A stretch of 64,000 bases of DNA from Alistipes sp. (lineage in GTDB: Bacteria > Bacteroidota > Bacteroidia > Bacteroidales > Rikenellaceae). The translations under genes were made by a program, and so were the position numbers. Each line of letters starts with the position of its first letter. The first letter of the stretch is position 1. The notes under the pieces are model-generated. The model saw only the letters and a program-made list of their open reading frames with translations, was not told the origin of the DNA and did no database searches. The stretch covers positions 39,406 through 103,405 of the forward strand of contig JAFQTX010000027.1 in assembly GCA_017408825.1 (NCBI GenBank), given 5' to 3'. Below, piece after piece: positions 29,006 through 37,423 of the stretch.

Positions 29006-29241
29006 ACAGGTCGAATGAGTGTTAGTAGCTATCGCATTTAGCCGATTATTAACATATCATAGTTGAGTTTGTGAACATTTATAAAATACTAATGTATAGG
29101 TATATAGTAGGTGTTATAATCATAAATCAACAATAATCAACATAGTATTAACCTAATTATCAACAGTCGTTGTGTAGCTATCATAAAACGGCGGTTGCCG
29201 GGTAAAATTTGCAAACCAATAATAAGTTAAAATATTTAATA

Positions 29242-30240
29242 ATGAGATTTCTGTCAATACCCCAAAGTGGACTATCGTGGCAGCAGCCATTAGTCTACAG
29301 TTTTACAACCGAAGGCGACGAGCCTGAAGATGTAAGGATTGTGATTTACGACCTACAAAGCGGTGAGCCAATAGCGACCAAGATGCTATATGGTGTTACA
29401 GTAGCGCAAGTGGATATTGCTCCCTATCTGCGCTCAGTCTACCAAGAGTCGATCGTAGCGCCCGAGGCAACAGGCGTGATGGTCTCTACCACATCACGAT
29501 ACGTCGGCGTAGATGTGGGTGGGGTAGTGTCATCGCCAGCGCTCTTTCTTGCTGCGCCACTCAATGTTGAGCAGCCTGAGATGTTGTCAATGCTTGCCGA
29601 TGTGCAGGATGTGGAGTATGGCGACTTGATCTACTTCACGCTGTTTACGCCGCAGAGAACCAAGCTGGTAATAACATCGTACACTCCGCTAACCGCTCGC
29701 CGACAACAGTTTACAGGCCCCGAGGTTGCTCAGCCCTTAGATGTGATTATTCACACGGCGAGACTCGCGCCGAATATTAAGAAGATTGTTGTAGATATTT
29801 ACAACGGCGAGGGGCAATATCGCACCTTAACATTCAACATCGTAGCGTCAGACTCACGCTCCAGACGACTCTTTTGGCGCAACGCTCGTGGAGGTGTTGA
29901 GAGCTACTCATTCCCGCGTAGCATACGCCTGGCTACACAGGCCACGATAGATAAGTTTGCGACTGGCAAAGAGTCCTACTATGCGAGGCTAAAGTCTTCG
30001 ACCGAGTGTTATCGACTATGTTCGGCATATGAGTCGGCGAATGAGCTTGAGCGCATTGCAGAGATTATACGCTCGCCATACGTATATGAGATGATGGGTG
30101 GCCAGCTACGACCAGTGGAGCTACGTACTCGCTCGGTGGAGTATGGGGCGCATGGCGAGCTTCGTCAGTTACTCCTTGAGGTGGAGACAGGGTGGGATGG
30201 AGCCTCTCAAACCGACGGAAAGGAGGTCCTCCATGGTTAG
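29242..30240 (+). CDS. Phage structural protein, putative distal-tail/tail-tip component
   Basis: ATG at 29242 after an AT-rich leader; LFWRNARGGVESYSF and EIIRSPYVY resemble tail proteins of Bacteroidota phages (recalled, not searched). Confidence 0.5.
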   Translation: MRFLSIPQSGLSWQQPLVYSFTTEGDEPEDVRIVIYDLQSGEPIATKMLYGVTVAQVDIAPYLRSVYQESIVAPEATGVMVSTTSRYVGVDVGGVVSSPALFLAAPLNVEQPEMLSMLADVQDVEYGDLIYFTLFTPQRTKLVITSYTPLTARRQQFTGPEVAQPLDVIIHTARLAPNIKKIVVDIYNGEGQYRTLTFNIVASDSRSRRLFWRNARGGVESYSFPRSIRLATQATIDKFATGKESYYARLKSSTECYRLCSAYESANELERIAEIIRSPYVYEMMGGQLRPVELRTRSVEYGAHGELRQLLLEVETGWDGASQTDGKEVLHG

Positions 30241-32554
30241 GCTGTGTATTGATGGGGTAGAGGTGATGTTGCGCACCGACTCCATACAGCTCCCTGGCTA
30301 TGATGCCGAGAAGCTGCACTCTGTTGAGCGTTGGCGTCAGGGTAGCGAGATTGTTGTCGAGGTGGTATCAACGCCCGAGAGTGATCGGGTGATGAGGTAT
30401 GCCTTTGACCTACATTGTGGCGATAAGTTTAACTCTGAGTTGCACCATGCACAGATAGATGTTGATGGGATAGTGGTATTCGAGGGTATGGCGACACTGC
30501 TTAGTACCGAACAACGTGCCGACACACGCTACTACCGACTAAGACTTCGTTCGGGAGGTAGCGACTGGGCAGACGATGTGGCTCGTCGAGAGCTCAATGA
30601 TTCGAGGGTGGAGTGCTCTGTAATGATGCGTCCCGCAGGCATCGAGTCTACCTGGGTGGAAGATACCCCCGTACGTTTTCTGCCCATCCGTCGTGATAGC
30701 TATCCTAAGTACAACGAGTCGAGCCTATGGAGTGCCGAGCGAGTGTTGATGCCTAACGACTACCACCCATTTCTCAGCGTAAGGCATATCATCGAGTCGA
30801 TAGCCGCAGCATCGGGTTACAAGCTCAAGAGCCGATGGCTTGAGAGTGAGTTGGCGGGCAAGCTGATGATAAGTGGTGCGTTCAAACGGGTAGATTGTGC
30901 CGAGGTAGACCGCATGATGGGCTTCAAGGCGTATAGGACCAAGAGTGCTACGGCGACAGCTGGTGTCGGGGGTATCCTCTTTGCCTGGGAGACACAGAGT
31001 CTCGGCGCTATTGTAGATAGTGTTTCACCAGATGCTGTCGATGAGGAGGGTAATGTGCTCAGCGATGCCTATAACAATGGCGGGGCACTGCAATTTGTAG
31101 ATGGTCTGCCAGTGTTTACGCCAAAGCGCCAGATAAGCGTATCATTCGAGTATCACATTAAGTATCGTACCGACTACAATATAGTGTCGAGTAGCGAATT
31201 GCAGGGCTTCAATCGGGTTCGTTTGGGTTTGGGCTGCGACGTAGAATTGCGACTTGAAAACCCATATACAAGTCGTCACGAGGAGTTAAATCCCAACACC
31301 GCCTATAAACTCTTCATCTTCGATTATGACCCATCGCAACAATATATGCTTTTGGGTGTTGGAGAGGTGAGTGGCAGGGTGTCACGTGTAGTCACAAGCA
31401 GTAACTGTCCACGAAGTACTCAGCTCTGTATGCGATCTGATAGCGATGCTGAGTATCAGCCATATACTGGTGATTGGGCGCTATACAACGGCTTTGTAGA
31501 GCCCACGGGTAGCCGTGAGGTGGAGTTCGTGGTGCGCACCCCGTATGTTGAGTTTTCGCCATCGTCACCTAAGCAGTTCAACAACGTAGCCTTTTACGGT
31601 GCTACTGAGGGTCAGAGTATGACGCTACTTAGCGGTTGTAGCGTAAGGACAATATTTGGTGGTATCACGGGCTACGGACACAAGGTTAAGTTTAGCGATG
31701 TGGCCAATCACAGATTTACGCAGCAGAGACTCTTGGAGGCCTTAGCACATATGTTCAACCTCTGCTTCTATCCCCACGAGCCCTCGAAAACATTGATTAT
31801 AGAGCCCTACGATGACTTCTTCTCTGGTGCAACGGTCGATTGGCGTCGTCGTCAGCTGCCCCACCAGTGGAGCATCGTGGAGGGGGCACCGCAGAGTAGT
31901 GAGAATGTACGTATCGCCTATGCTGGTAGTGATGGCGTGGTGAGTAGAGCCAATGATGTCTCTGATAAGGAGTTCGGCGTATGGAGTAGATATTTTGAGG
32001 GATATGGCACAAAGCATGGAGTGGATATTCGTCTAAACCCAATCTTGCTGCCGACCATCTCGACAAATGGCTTCTTGGGCTCGGCAGCCTCGGCTGAGGT
32101 GCTTACCGTGGGTGATCGAGATGCGGCGGTCGAGGGCGACTATATCGAGCCACGTGTGGTGCTATATCACGGCATCCAGCCACTTCCCGAGGATGAACGC
32201 TGGAGCTCGATGACGGCTATTGATGGTTACCCTTGCGTGGCCTTTCACAGTGCTACGCTGCAGCAGAGCCTATGTTTCGAGGATCGTGATGGGTGTACAG
32301 GACTTCATACCTACTACGATCAGGAGCTTAGCGAGATTGCCGAGCGAGGGTTGCTACAATGCAAGATACATCTCCCATTAGCCGAATATGTCGCACTATT
32401 AGATCCAGACTCTGAGTCGGCAACAATCCGCTCTCGCTTTCGCCTTGAGGTCGATGGAGCAGAGTCGCTATATACCCTACGTAGCATCGAGGCCTATGAT
32501 GCTGAACGTGGTGTGGCAACCTGCCTATTCAGGCGTTGCACAACAGATAGTTAA
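30233..32554 (+). CDS. Phage tail hub/tip-like structural protein (about 773 aa)
   Basis: Likely ATG at 30233 overlapping the previous stop, preceded by AGGAGG; MVRLCIDG start, YHPFLSVRHIIESI, TQQRLLEALAHMFNL..IEPYDDFF resemble Bacteroidota phage tail proteins. Confidence 0.55.
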   Translation: MVRLCIDGVEVMLRTDSIQLPGYDAEKLHSVERWRQGSEIVVEVVSTPESDRVMRYAFDLHCGDKFNSELHHAQIDVDGIVVFEGMATLLSTEQRADTRYYRLRLRSGGSDWADDVARRELNDSRVECSVMMRPAGIESTWVEDTPVRFLPIRRDSYPKYNESSLWSAERVLMPNDYHPFLSVRHIIESIAAASGYKLKSRWLESELAGKLMISGAFKRVDCAEVDRMMGFKAYRTKSATATAGVGGILFAWETQSLGAIVDSVSPDAVDEEGNVLSDAYNNGGALQFVDGLPVFTPKRQISVSFEYHIKYRTDYNIVSSSELQGFNRVRLGLGCDVELRLENPYTSRHEELNPNTAYKLFIFDYDPSQQYMLLGVGEVSGRVSRVVTSSNCPRSTQLCMRSDSDAEYQPYTGDWALYNGFVEPTGSREVEFVVRTPYVEFSPSSPKQFNNVAFYGATEGQSMTLLSGCSVRTIFGGITGYGHKVKFSDVANHRFTQQRLLEALAHMFNLCFYPHEPSKTLIIEPYDDFFSGATVDWRRRQLPHQWSIVEGAPQSSENVRIAYAGSDGVVSRANDVSDKEFGVWSRYFEGYGTKHGVDIRLNPILLPTISTNGFLGSAASAEVLTVGDRDAAVEGDYIEPRVVLYHGIQPLPEDERWSSMTAIDGYPCVAFHSATLQQSLCFEDRDGCTGLHTYYDQELSEIAERGLLQCKIHLPLAEYVALLDPDSESATIRSRFRLEVDGAESLYTLRSIEAYDAERGVATCLFRRCTTDS

Positions 32555-32573
32555 TCACTAAAACAAGCTAACA

Positions 32574-33749
32574 ATGACTTTTATTACCCCCTCTGGGCAG
32601 AGCTCCTATGGCTCTCTGCCTCGCCCCTCACGTCGATATGAACGCCTCGTCGGACTACTCGTGCACCACAATTTGGTCGATTGTTCGAGGCTGCGAGATA
32701 GAGCCATACACAGCTACGTAGAGCAGATGTGTCGCAAGGGTTTTCGCCGTTGTAGTGCTATGGAGCAGGCGGCCTACGATCTCGGATGCTCCTACTCGAC
32801 AGCTCGTAGGGCGGTATACGAAGTAGATAAAACCAAATCAAACATTAACTCTATGAACTCACAAATCAAGATCAAGAATGAGGCCGATTGCACGATAATC
32901 GACATCGAGGGTACGATAGGCCTCTCCGAGGAGTGGCAGTTCGACAATCCTGAGAGTCGTGTGGCCACCTATGAGCGATTTAAGGAGTGCGTGGCAGGCA
33001 TTGCCGACATCGAGAATAGCCATATCGTGGTGAACATACGATCGACAGGTGGCGATGTGAACGATGCGATGCTCATATACGAGGCGCTACGTGCAACAGG
33101 TGCTCACATCACCACACGCTGCTATGGCTACACCGCCTCGGCAGCAACTATCGTGGCGCAGGCTGCCAGCGAGGGTGCTCGTGAGATAGCCTCCACGTCG
33201 CTCTATCTTATCCACAACTCGCTATGCTCGACCGAGGGTAATGCCGAGGAGCTTCAGGCCGAAGTGGAGCTGCTACGCCAGACCGACCGCCGTATTGCAG
33301 AGCTATATGCTACACGCTCTGGGCATAGTGTCGAGGAGATTAGTGCCTTGATGGCAGAGAATGGTGGCCGTGGCCGCTGGCTATCACCCGAAGAGGCTCT
33401 TGCCGAGGGTCTTGTGGATCGTATAATCAACGACTCACGGGCTGTGGACAAGGAGGCAGCGACGCTTGTCGAGCGCACCAAGCAGGGTGTCATGGCGCTA
33501 CTTAAGGCTATCGGCATCGACACCGACACGGAGCATCCAAACGTGGGTGATGACATCAACGTGATCTCACGATCGCTACCCGAGGCGGTAGCATCAGCTC
33601 ATCCCTCGACAATAGCCCTCGATGAAGGTCAGCGTGCAGCACGTGCCTCGGAGGTTATGCCTACACAAGACCCCTCGCCAATATCTCAGACGGTGGATGC
33701 TCGTAGTAGTGCCTATGAACGTGACGTGCAGCTCATCAAAAAGCGATAA
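32574..33749 (+). CDS. Clp-type prohead protease/scaffold with an N-terminal HTH-like extension (possible internal start at 32853)
   Basis: NIRSTGGDV, GYTASAAT (catalytic Ser), YLIHN (His), WLSPEEALAEGLVD; N-terminal AMEQAAYDLGCSYSTARRAVY. Confidence 0.85.
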   Translation: MTFITPSGQSSYGSLPRPSRRYERLVGLLVHHNLVDCSRLRDRAIHSYVEQMCRKGFRRCSAMEQAAYDLGCSYSTARRAVYEVDKTKSNINSMNSQIKIKNEADCTIIDIEGTIGLSEEWQFDNPESRVATYERFKECVAGIADIENSHIVVNIRSTGGDVNDAMLIYEALRATGAHITTRCYGYTASAATIVAQAASEGAREIASTSLYLIHNSLCSTEGNAEELQAEVELLRQTDRRIAELYATRSGHSVEEISALMAENGGRGRWLSPEEALAEGLVDRIINDSRAVDKEAATLVERTKQGVMALLKAIGIDTDTEHPNVGDDINVISRSLPEAVASAHPSTIALDEGQRAARASEVMPTQDPSPISQTVDARSSAYERDVQLIKKR

Positions 33750-33796
33750 CAAACACTTTACAACCACTTTTATTAACCAACTAAAACCTTAAAACT

Positions 33797-34759
33797 ATGG
33801 GACTTATTGAAAACACAAAGACCTACTACGGTCGTGACCTTGAGACAATCTTTTTCCGTCCAATGTTTTCGGCAGAGAATGCCGAGCAGCTTGGCATTCG
33901 TGTACTCTACAATATGCCAGTGCCCACAACAATTCAGATGTGGAGCCCGCAAAGCGACATCCTCCAGAACTACGAGGCGGGTTGGAATGGTGGCGAGTCG
34001 GCTATCCGTATGCAGAAGAATATAGAGCTTACTAAGATCAAGGCCGAAGTGGGATTCTCGGCATCGACCTACTTCCAGGAGGTGCTTGAGCTGATCACTG
34101 GCCGTGCAGATGTAAATCTCGATGATCTCACAGGCACTGAGCTTGAGGCTGCCGAGACGGAGATGTTCCGTGCTGCTATTGCCGAGAGTCTACGTGTGAC
34201 AATGTGGCTTGGCGATATCGATTCGGATCGCTATAACAAGTTCAATGGATTCTTGCATAAGATTGTCAGGGATGCGAGCATATTGCCTATCAGTCACGAT
34301 CTTGTGGAGCCAACGGGTGACAATATTTTGCAGCTCTTCAACCTTATGTGGAAGAGTGCCTCGCCAACATTGAAGGCCTTGAAGCACGATGGTAATCTCG
34401 CCTTCTTCGTAACCTCGGACATCTATGATGCCTATGAGCAGCACCTCGACTCGTGTGGTACGGATGCCTCGTACAACGACCTTACAACAGGCCGTCGTGA
34501 GCTCTCGTACCACGGCATCAAGATCATCGATATGGGTATCTCGCAGTATCTGCCCGATACGTCGTTCGAATTTGGCTCGGCGTGTATCCTCACCGATCGT
34601 CGTAACCTTGTTATGGCAGTGAACACGGCAGACTACCCAGGCTCGGAGGTGCGTATGTGGTATAACCCCGACGAGATGGAGAACCGTCAGCGTGCAATCT
34701 TTATGGTGGGCTGTGAGATTGTCGATGATGATCTCATCGTAATTGCAACCTTCAAGTAA
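33797..34759 (+). CDS. Putative major capsid protein (HK97 fold)
   Basis: 320 aa directly after the prohead protease; MWLGD..KFNGFLHKI, FFVTSDIYDAY, LSYHGIKI, ILTDRRNLVMA patterns; long A/C-rich initiation region. Confidence 0.75.
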   Translation: MGLIENTKTYYGRDLETIFFRPMFSAENAEQLGIRVLYNMPVPTTIQMWSPQSDILQNYEAGWNGGESAIRMQKNIELTKIKAEVGFSASTYFQEVLELITGRADVNLDDLTGTELEAAETEMFRAAIAESLRVTMWLGDIDSDRYNKFNGFLHKIVRDASILPISHDLVEPTGDNILQLFNLMWKSASPTLKALKHDGNLAFFVTSDIYDAYEQHLDSCGTDASYNDLTTGRRELSYHGIKIIDMGISQYLPDTSFEFGSACILTDRRNLVMAVNTADYPGSEVRMWYNPDEMENRQRAIFMVGCEIVDDDLIVIATFK

Positions 34760-34772
34760 AAGAGGTAAGACT

Positions 34773-35999
34773 ATGTCTTGTGACAAGATTGCAACACGCA
34801 TTGCCGCCACCCGCAACCACACCGAGCCACTATTTGGCTCGGTGTCGGGTGGAAGGCTTGTCGGCGACAAGGTGTGGCTCTGGGGTGATGACAATCTACT
34901 ACCCAATGCCCTCTCGCTGATGGCTCGACGCTCGGCTATTCATCGTCGTATAATCAACGATAAGGCCGACTACATTGCTGGTAAGGGCCTTACATTCAGT
35001 GAGAGAACACCTATCCTCGGCGACATTATCCGTCGTGCTAATGGCTCGGGCGATACGCTACGTAGCGTCATCGCTCGGCTGGCACTCGACGAGGCGATGT
35101 TCGGAAATGCCTTTTTGGAGGTGGTGACCGACTCGTCGCATAGCTTCCTGTCGTTGTATCATGTCGATGCCTCGACCTGCCGTATCGCCCGTGACTCGGA
35201 GCATGTGGTTATGCACCACGACTGGCAAGCCTACCGAGCCTCCGAGGCCGTTACGCTACCACTCTACCCACACTTCGAGGAGCAGAACGATGGTACGCTA
35301 CGCAGCATCGTTCACTACAAAGACTATGAGCCTATGTTCAGACACTATGGCGTTGCCCCCTACATCGCAGGACTCGGCGCTGCGGCCATACTCTACAAAA
35401 CGGACAAGTGGAACATTGCACGCCTCGACAACTCGTTTCAGCTCTCTGGTGTGATGATGCTTGATGGCGCTGTGGATAGCGAGGATGAGGCTGAGAGGCT
35501 TGTGCGTATGGCCGAGGAGCGCTTCTCGGGAAATCCTGGTCAGGTGCTCTTCGTGCTGCGTGACCATAATGATGGCGATAACTCACGATTTATACCTATC
35601 GACACGCAGTCGGATGGTGATTGGGCATCGCTACACGAGCGCTCGGAGGCTGACCTGGTTGTTGCTCACTCGTGGTTTCGCTCGCTCAGCGGCTTGGACT
35701 ACTCGTCGGGCTTCTCCACAGAGCGCATCTTGCACGAATACGAGGTGGCACTGAATACCGTCATCCTATCGGAGCAGGAGCAACTTCTCGAGCCTATACG
35801 TGAGATTATCTCATTGATCTTGGGTGTGGATGCCTCGTCGTTGGAGATAATTAATCGTCCACCAACACGCTCCAAGCCTCTCTATATGCGAGTGTGGGAG
35901 GCGCGCAAGGCCGATGGTCTCGACTACGACGAGAGCGATCCCGACCAACAGCTCTTCTTAGCGCAAATAACAAAGTATAACATCACTTCATTAGAGTAA
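34773..35999 (+). CDS. Phage portal protein
   Basis: WGDDNLLP..RSAIHRRIINDKADYIAGKGL, DEAMFGNAFLEV, HYGVAPY, LDNSFQLSG, EYEVALNTVI. Confidence 0.8.
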   Translation: MSCDKIATRIAATRNHTEPLFGSVSGGRLVGDKVWLWGDDNLLPNALSLMARRSAIHRRIINDKADYIAGKGLTFSERTPILGDIIRRANGSGDTLRSVIARLALDEAMFGNAFLEVVTDSSHSFLSLYHVDASTCRIARDSEHVVMHHDWQAYRASEAVTLPLYPHFEEQNDGTLRSIVHYKDYEPMFRHYGVAPYIAGLGAAAILYKTDKWNIARLDNSFQLSGVMMLDGAVDSEDEAERLVRMAEERFSGNPGQVLFVLRDHNDGDNSRFIPIDTQSDGDWASLHERSEADLVVAHSWFRSLSGLDYSSGFSTERILHEYEVALNTVILSEQEQLLEPIREIISLILGVDASSLEIINRPPTRSKPLYMRVWEARKADGLDYDESDPDQQLFLAQITKYNITSLE

Positions 36000-36004
36000 C
36001 TACT

Positions 36005-36466
36005 ATGCAGACACTTATTACACCCACTCAGGTTGTTGCGTTGGCCTTTAGTGGTGAGGAACTTATGTCGAAAGATATTGTCACTCAGAGTGATATCATT
36101 GAGGCAGAGGCTCGTCATATCCGCCCGATACTGGGCGATGCCCTCGTCGATAAGTTACACGCAGGTGAGTATTCGGCTCTTCTCAACGACTATGTTGCTG
36201 TGGCTCTGGCTGCCTGGTGTCGCTATACTGTTGAGCCGCTGCTCGATGTTAGGTGCGATGCGTGTCATCGTGATAGTCGGCGTACCACTGCCGATAACGA
36301 GCACCATGCCGCTGTTATGCGCTCACTGCGCCGTAAGGCCGTAACCCTCTCTCATCGCCTCAGTGATCATCTCAATGCTCACGCTGGCGACTACCCTGAG
36401 TATAACCCTAAAAGCAACCCATTAAACTACTGTTCAATCTATGGTGATATTATCCAAGTACGTTAG
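36005..36466 (+). CDS. Putative head-tail adaptor/head completion protein
   Basis: 153 aa after the portal; IIEAEARHIRPILGDAL..RLSDHL..YPEY pattern of Bacteroidota phage adaptors. Confidence 0.6.
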   Translation: MQTLITPTQVVALAFSGEELMSKDIVTQSDIIEAEARHIRPILGDALVDKLHAGEYSALLNDYVAVALAAWCRYTVEPLLDVRCDACHRDSRRTTADNEHHAAVMRSLRRKAVTLSHRLSDHLNAHAGDYPEYNPKSNPLNYCSIYGDIIQVR

Positions 36467-36866
36467 CGGCCTCGTTGCTGCTCTTTTGGCCCTGCTCTGT
36501 CCAATAACACCCCTTATCATTACCGCCACGGTGTTTATCACAATTGACTTTATCACAGGCATCTACGCCTCGTATGCGGCAGCTCGCCGTGAGGGTCAAA
36601 AGTGGAGTATCGAGAGCCGTAAGGCGTGGCGCACAGTCTATAAGCTGGGCTTCGTAGTCACGGGCATTGTGATGACCTGGTTGGTCGATTCGCTGGTGCT
36701 CAGCTTTATGCATCTTAACCTTGCCAACCTCTTCACTGGCTTTGTGTGTGGCGTGGAGCTATGGTCCTTCTTCGAGAACGCCTCCACAATTAGCGGTGTC
36801 GAGATTTTCGAGTGGCTCGGCCGATGGATTAAGAGTAAACTAAGAAAGGAGATAGGCGATGAGTAG
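36441..36866 (+). CDS. Phage holin (holin family 4-like)
   Basis: Three hydrophobic segments; IDFITGI, ESRKAWRTVYK, ELWSFFENA; basic C-terminus; overlaps the lysin. Confidence 0.85.
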   Translation: MVILSKYVSGLVAALLALLCPITPLIITATVFITIDFITGIYASYAAARREGQKWSIESRKAWRTVYKLGFVVTGIVMTWLVDSLVLSFMHLNLANLFTGFVCGVELWSFFENASTISGVEIFEWLGRWIKSKLRKEIGDE

Positions 36867-37263
36867 AGGTCTTCGTAATTGTAATCCAGGAAATATCCGC
36901 AACTCGCACAGCCGCTTTGCTGGTGAGGTGCGACCATCGCAGGATGCTGCCTTTAAGCAGTTTGAGACGATGGCCTATGGTTATAGAGCGATGTTTGTGC
37001 TGCTCGATACCTATCGCAGGCGCTACGGTCTCGATACCATTCGAGGTATGATTAGCCGCTGGGCTCCCCCCGTGGAGAACCATACAGAGGGCTATATTCG
37101 CTATGTTGCCGAGCGCACGGGTATCGACGCTGATGCTAAGCTCGACACTCGCTCCGAGCGTGATATGATCCCCGTGGTGGCTGCAATGTCGCAGATGGAG
37201 AATGGCGTGAAGGCCGTGTGGGAGGATGTCGAGGCGGGCTGGAGACTCTTCGCCTCTCGCTAA
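36859..37263 (+). CDS. Putative endolysin (lysozyme-like, 'structural protein P5' family)
   Basis: RGLRNCNPGNIR, F..MAYGYRA, ISRWAPPVENHTEGY, MSQMENG; directly after the holin. Confidence 0.8.
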   Translation: MSRGLRNCNPGNIRNSHSRFAGEVRPSQDAAFKQFETMAYGYRAMFVLLDTYRRRYGLDTIRGMISRWAPPVENHTEGYIRYVAERTGIDADAKLDTRSERDMIPVVAAMSQMENGVKAVWEDVEAGWRLFASR

Positions 37264-37273
37264 TTTTTAGAGA

Positions 37274-37316
37274 TTGATGCGGGTAGATGGTGCACCTACC
37301 CGCATCAACTTTTATT
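37274..37316 (+). terminator. Intrinsic terminator closing the phage-like operon
   Basis: 13 bp stem TTGATGCGGGTAG/CTACCCGCATCAA followed by CTTTTATT. Confidence 0.85.
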
Positions 37317-37423
37317 GCCTAAAAGGCCAATTACCCCCTGAGCAAAACATTTTATGGCGCAAGATGTGCTAATTATTGAGATTAATTCGTACATTTGTAC
37401 GATTAATTTCAAAAGTTGGAGTT

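Larger units (their letters stand above)
29209..37316 (+). mobile_element. Phage-derived virion/lysis operon without integration or replication genes (GTA-like element or domesticated prophage)
   Basis: Eight co-oriented, tightly packed intact ORFs including Clp protease, capsid, portal, holin and lysin; flanked by prfA and galE. Confidence 0.8.

Noticed and set aside
33797-34759. Encapsulin nanocompartment
   Set aside because: The portal, prohead protease, adaptor and holin/lysin neighbours point to a virion-type head; no cargo enzyme gene is adjacent.
29209-37263. Intact inducible prophage
   Set aside because: Only 8 kb, with no integrase, repressor, replication, terminase or tape measure gene and no att-like direct repeats seen at the prfA or galE boundaries.
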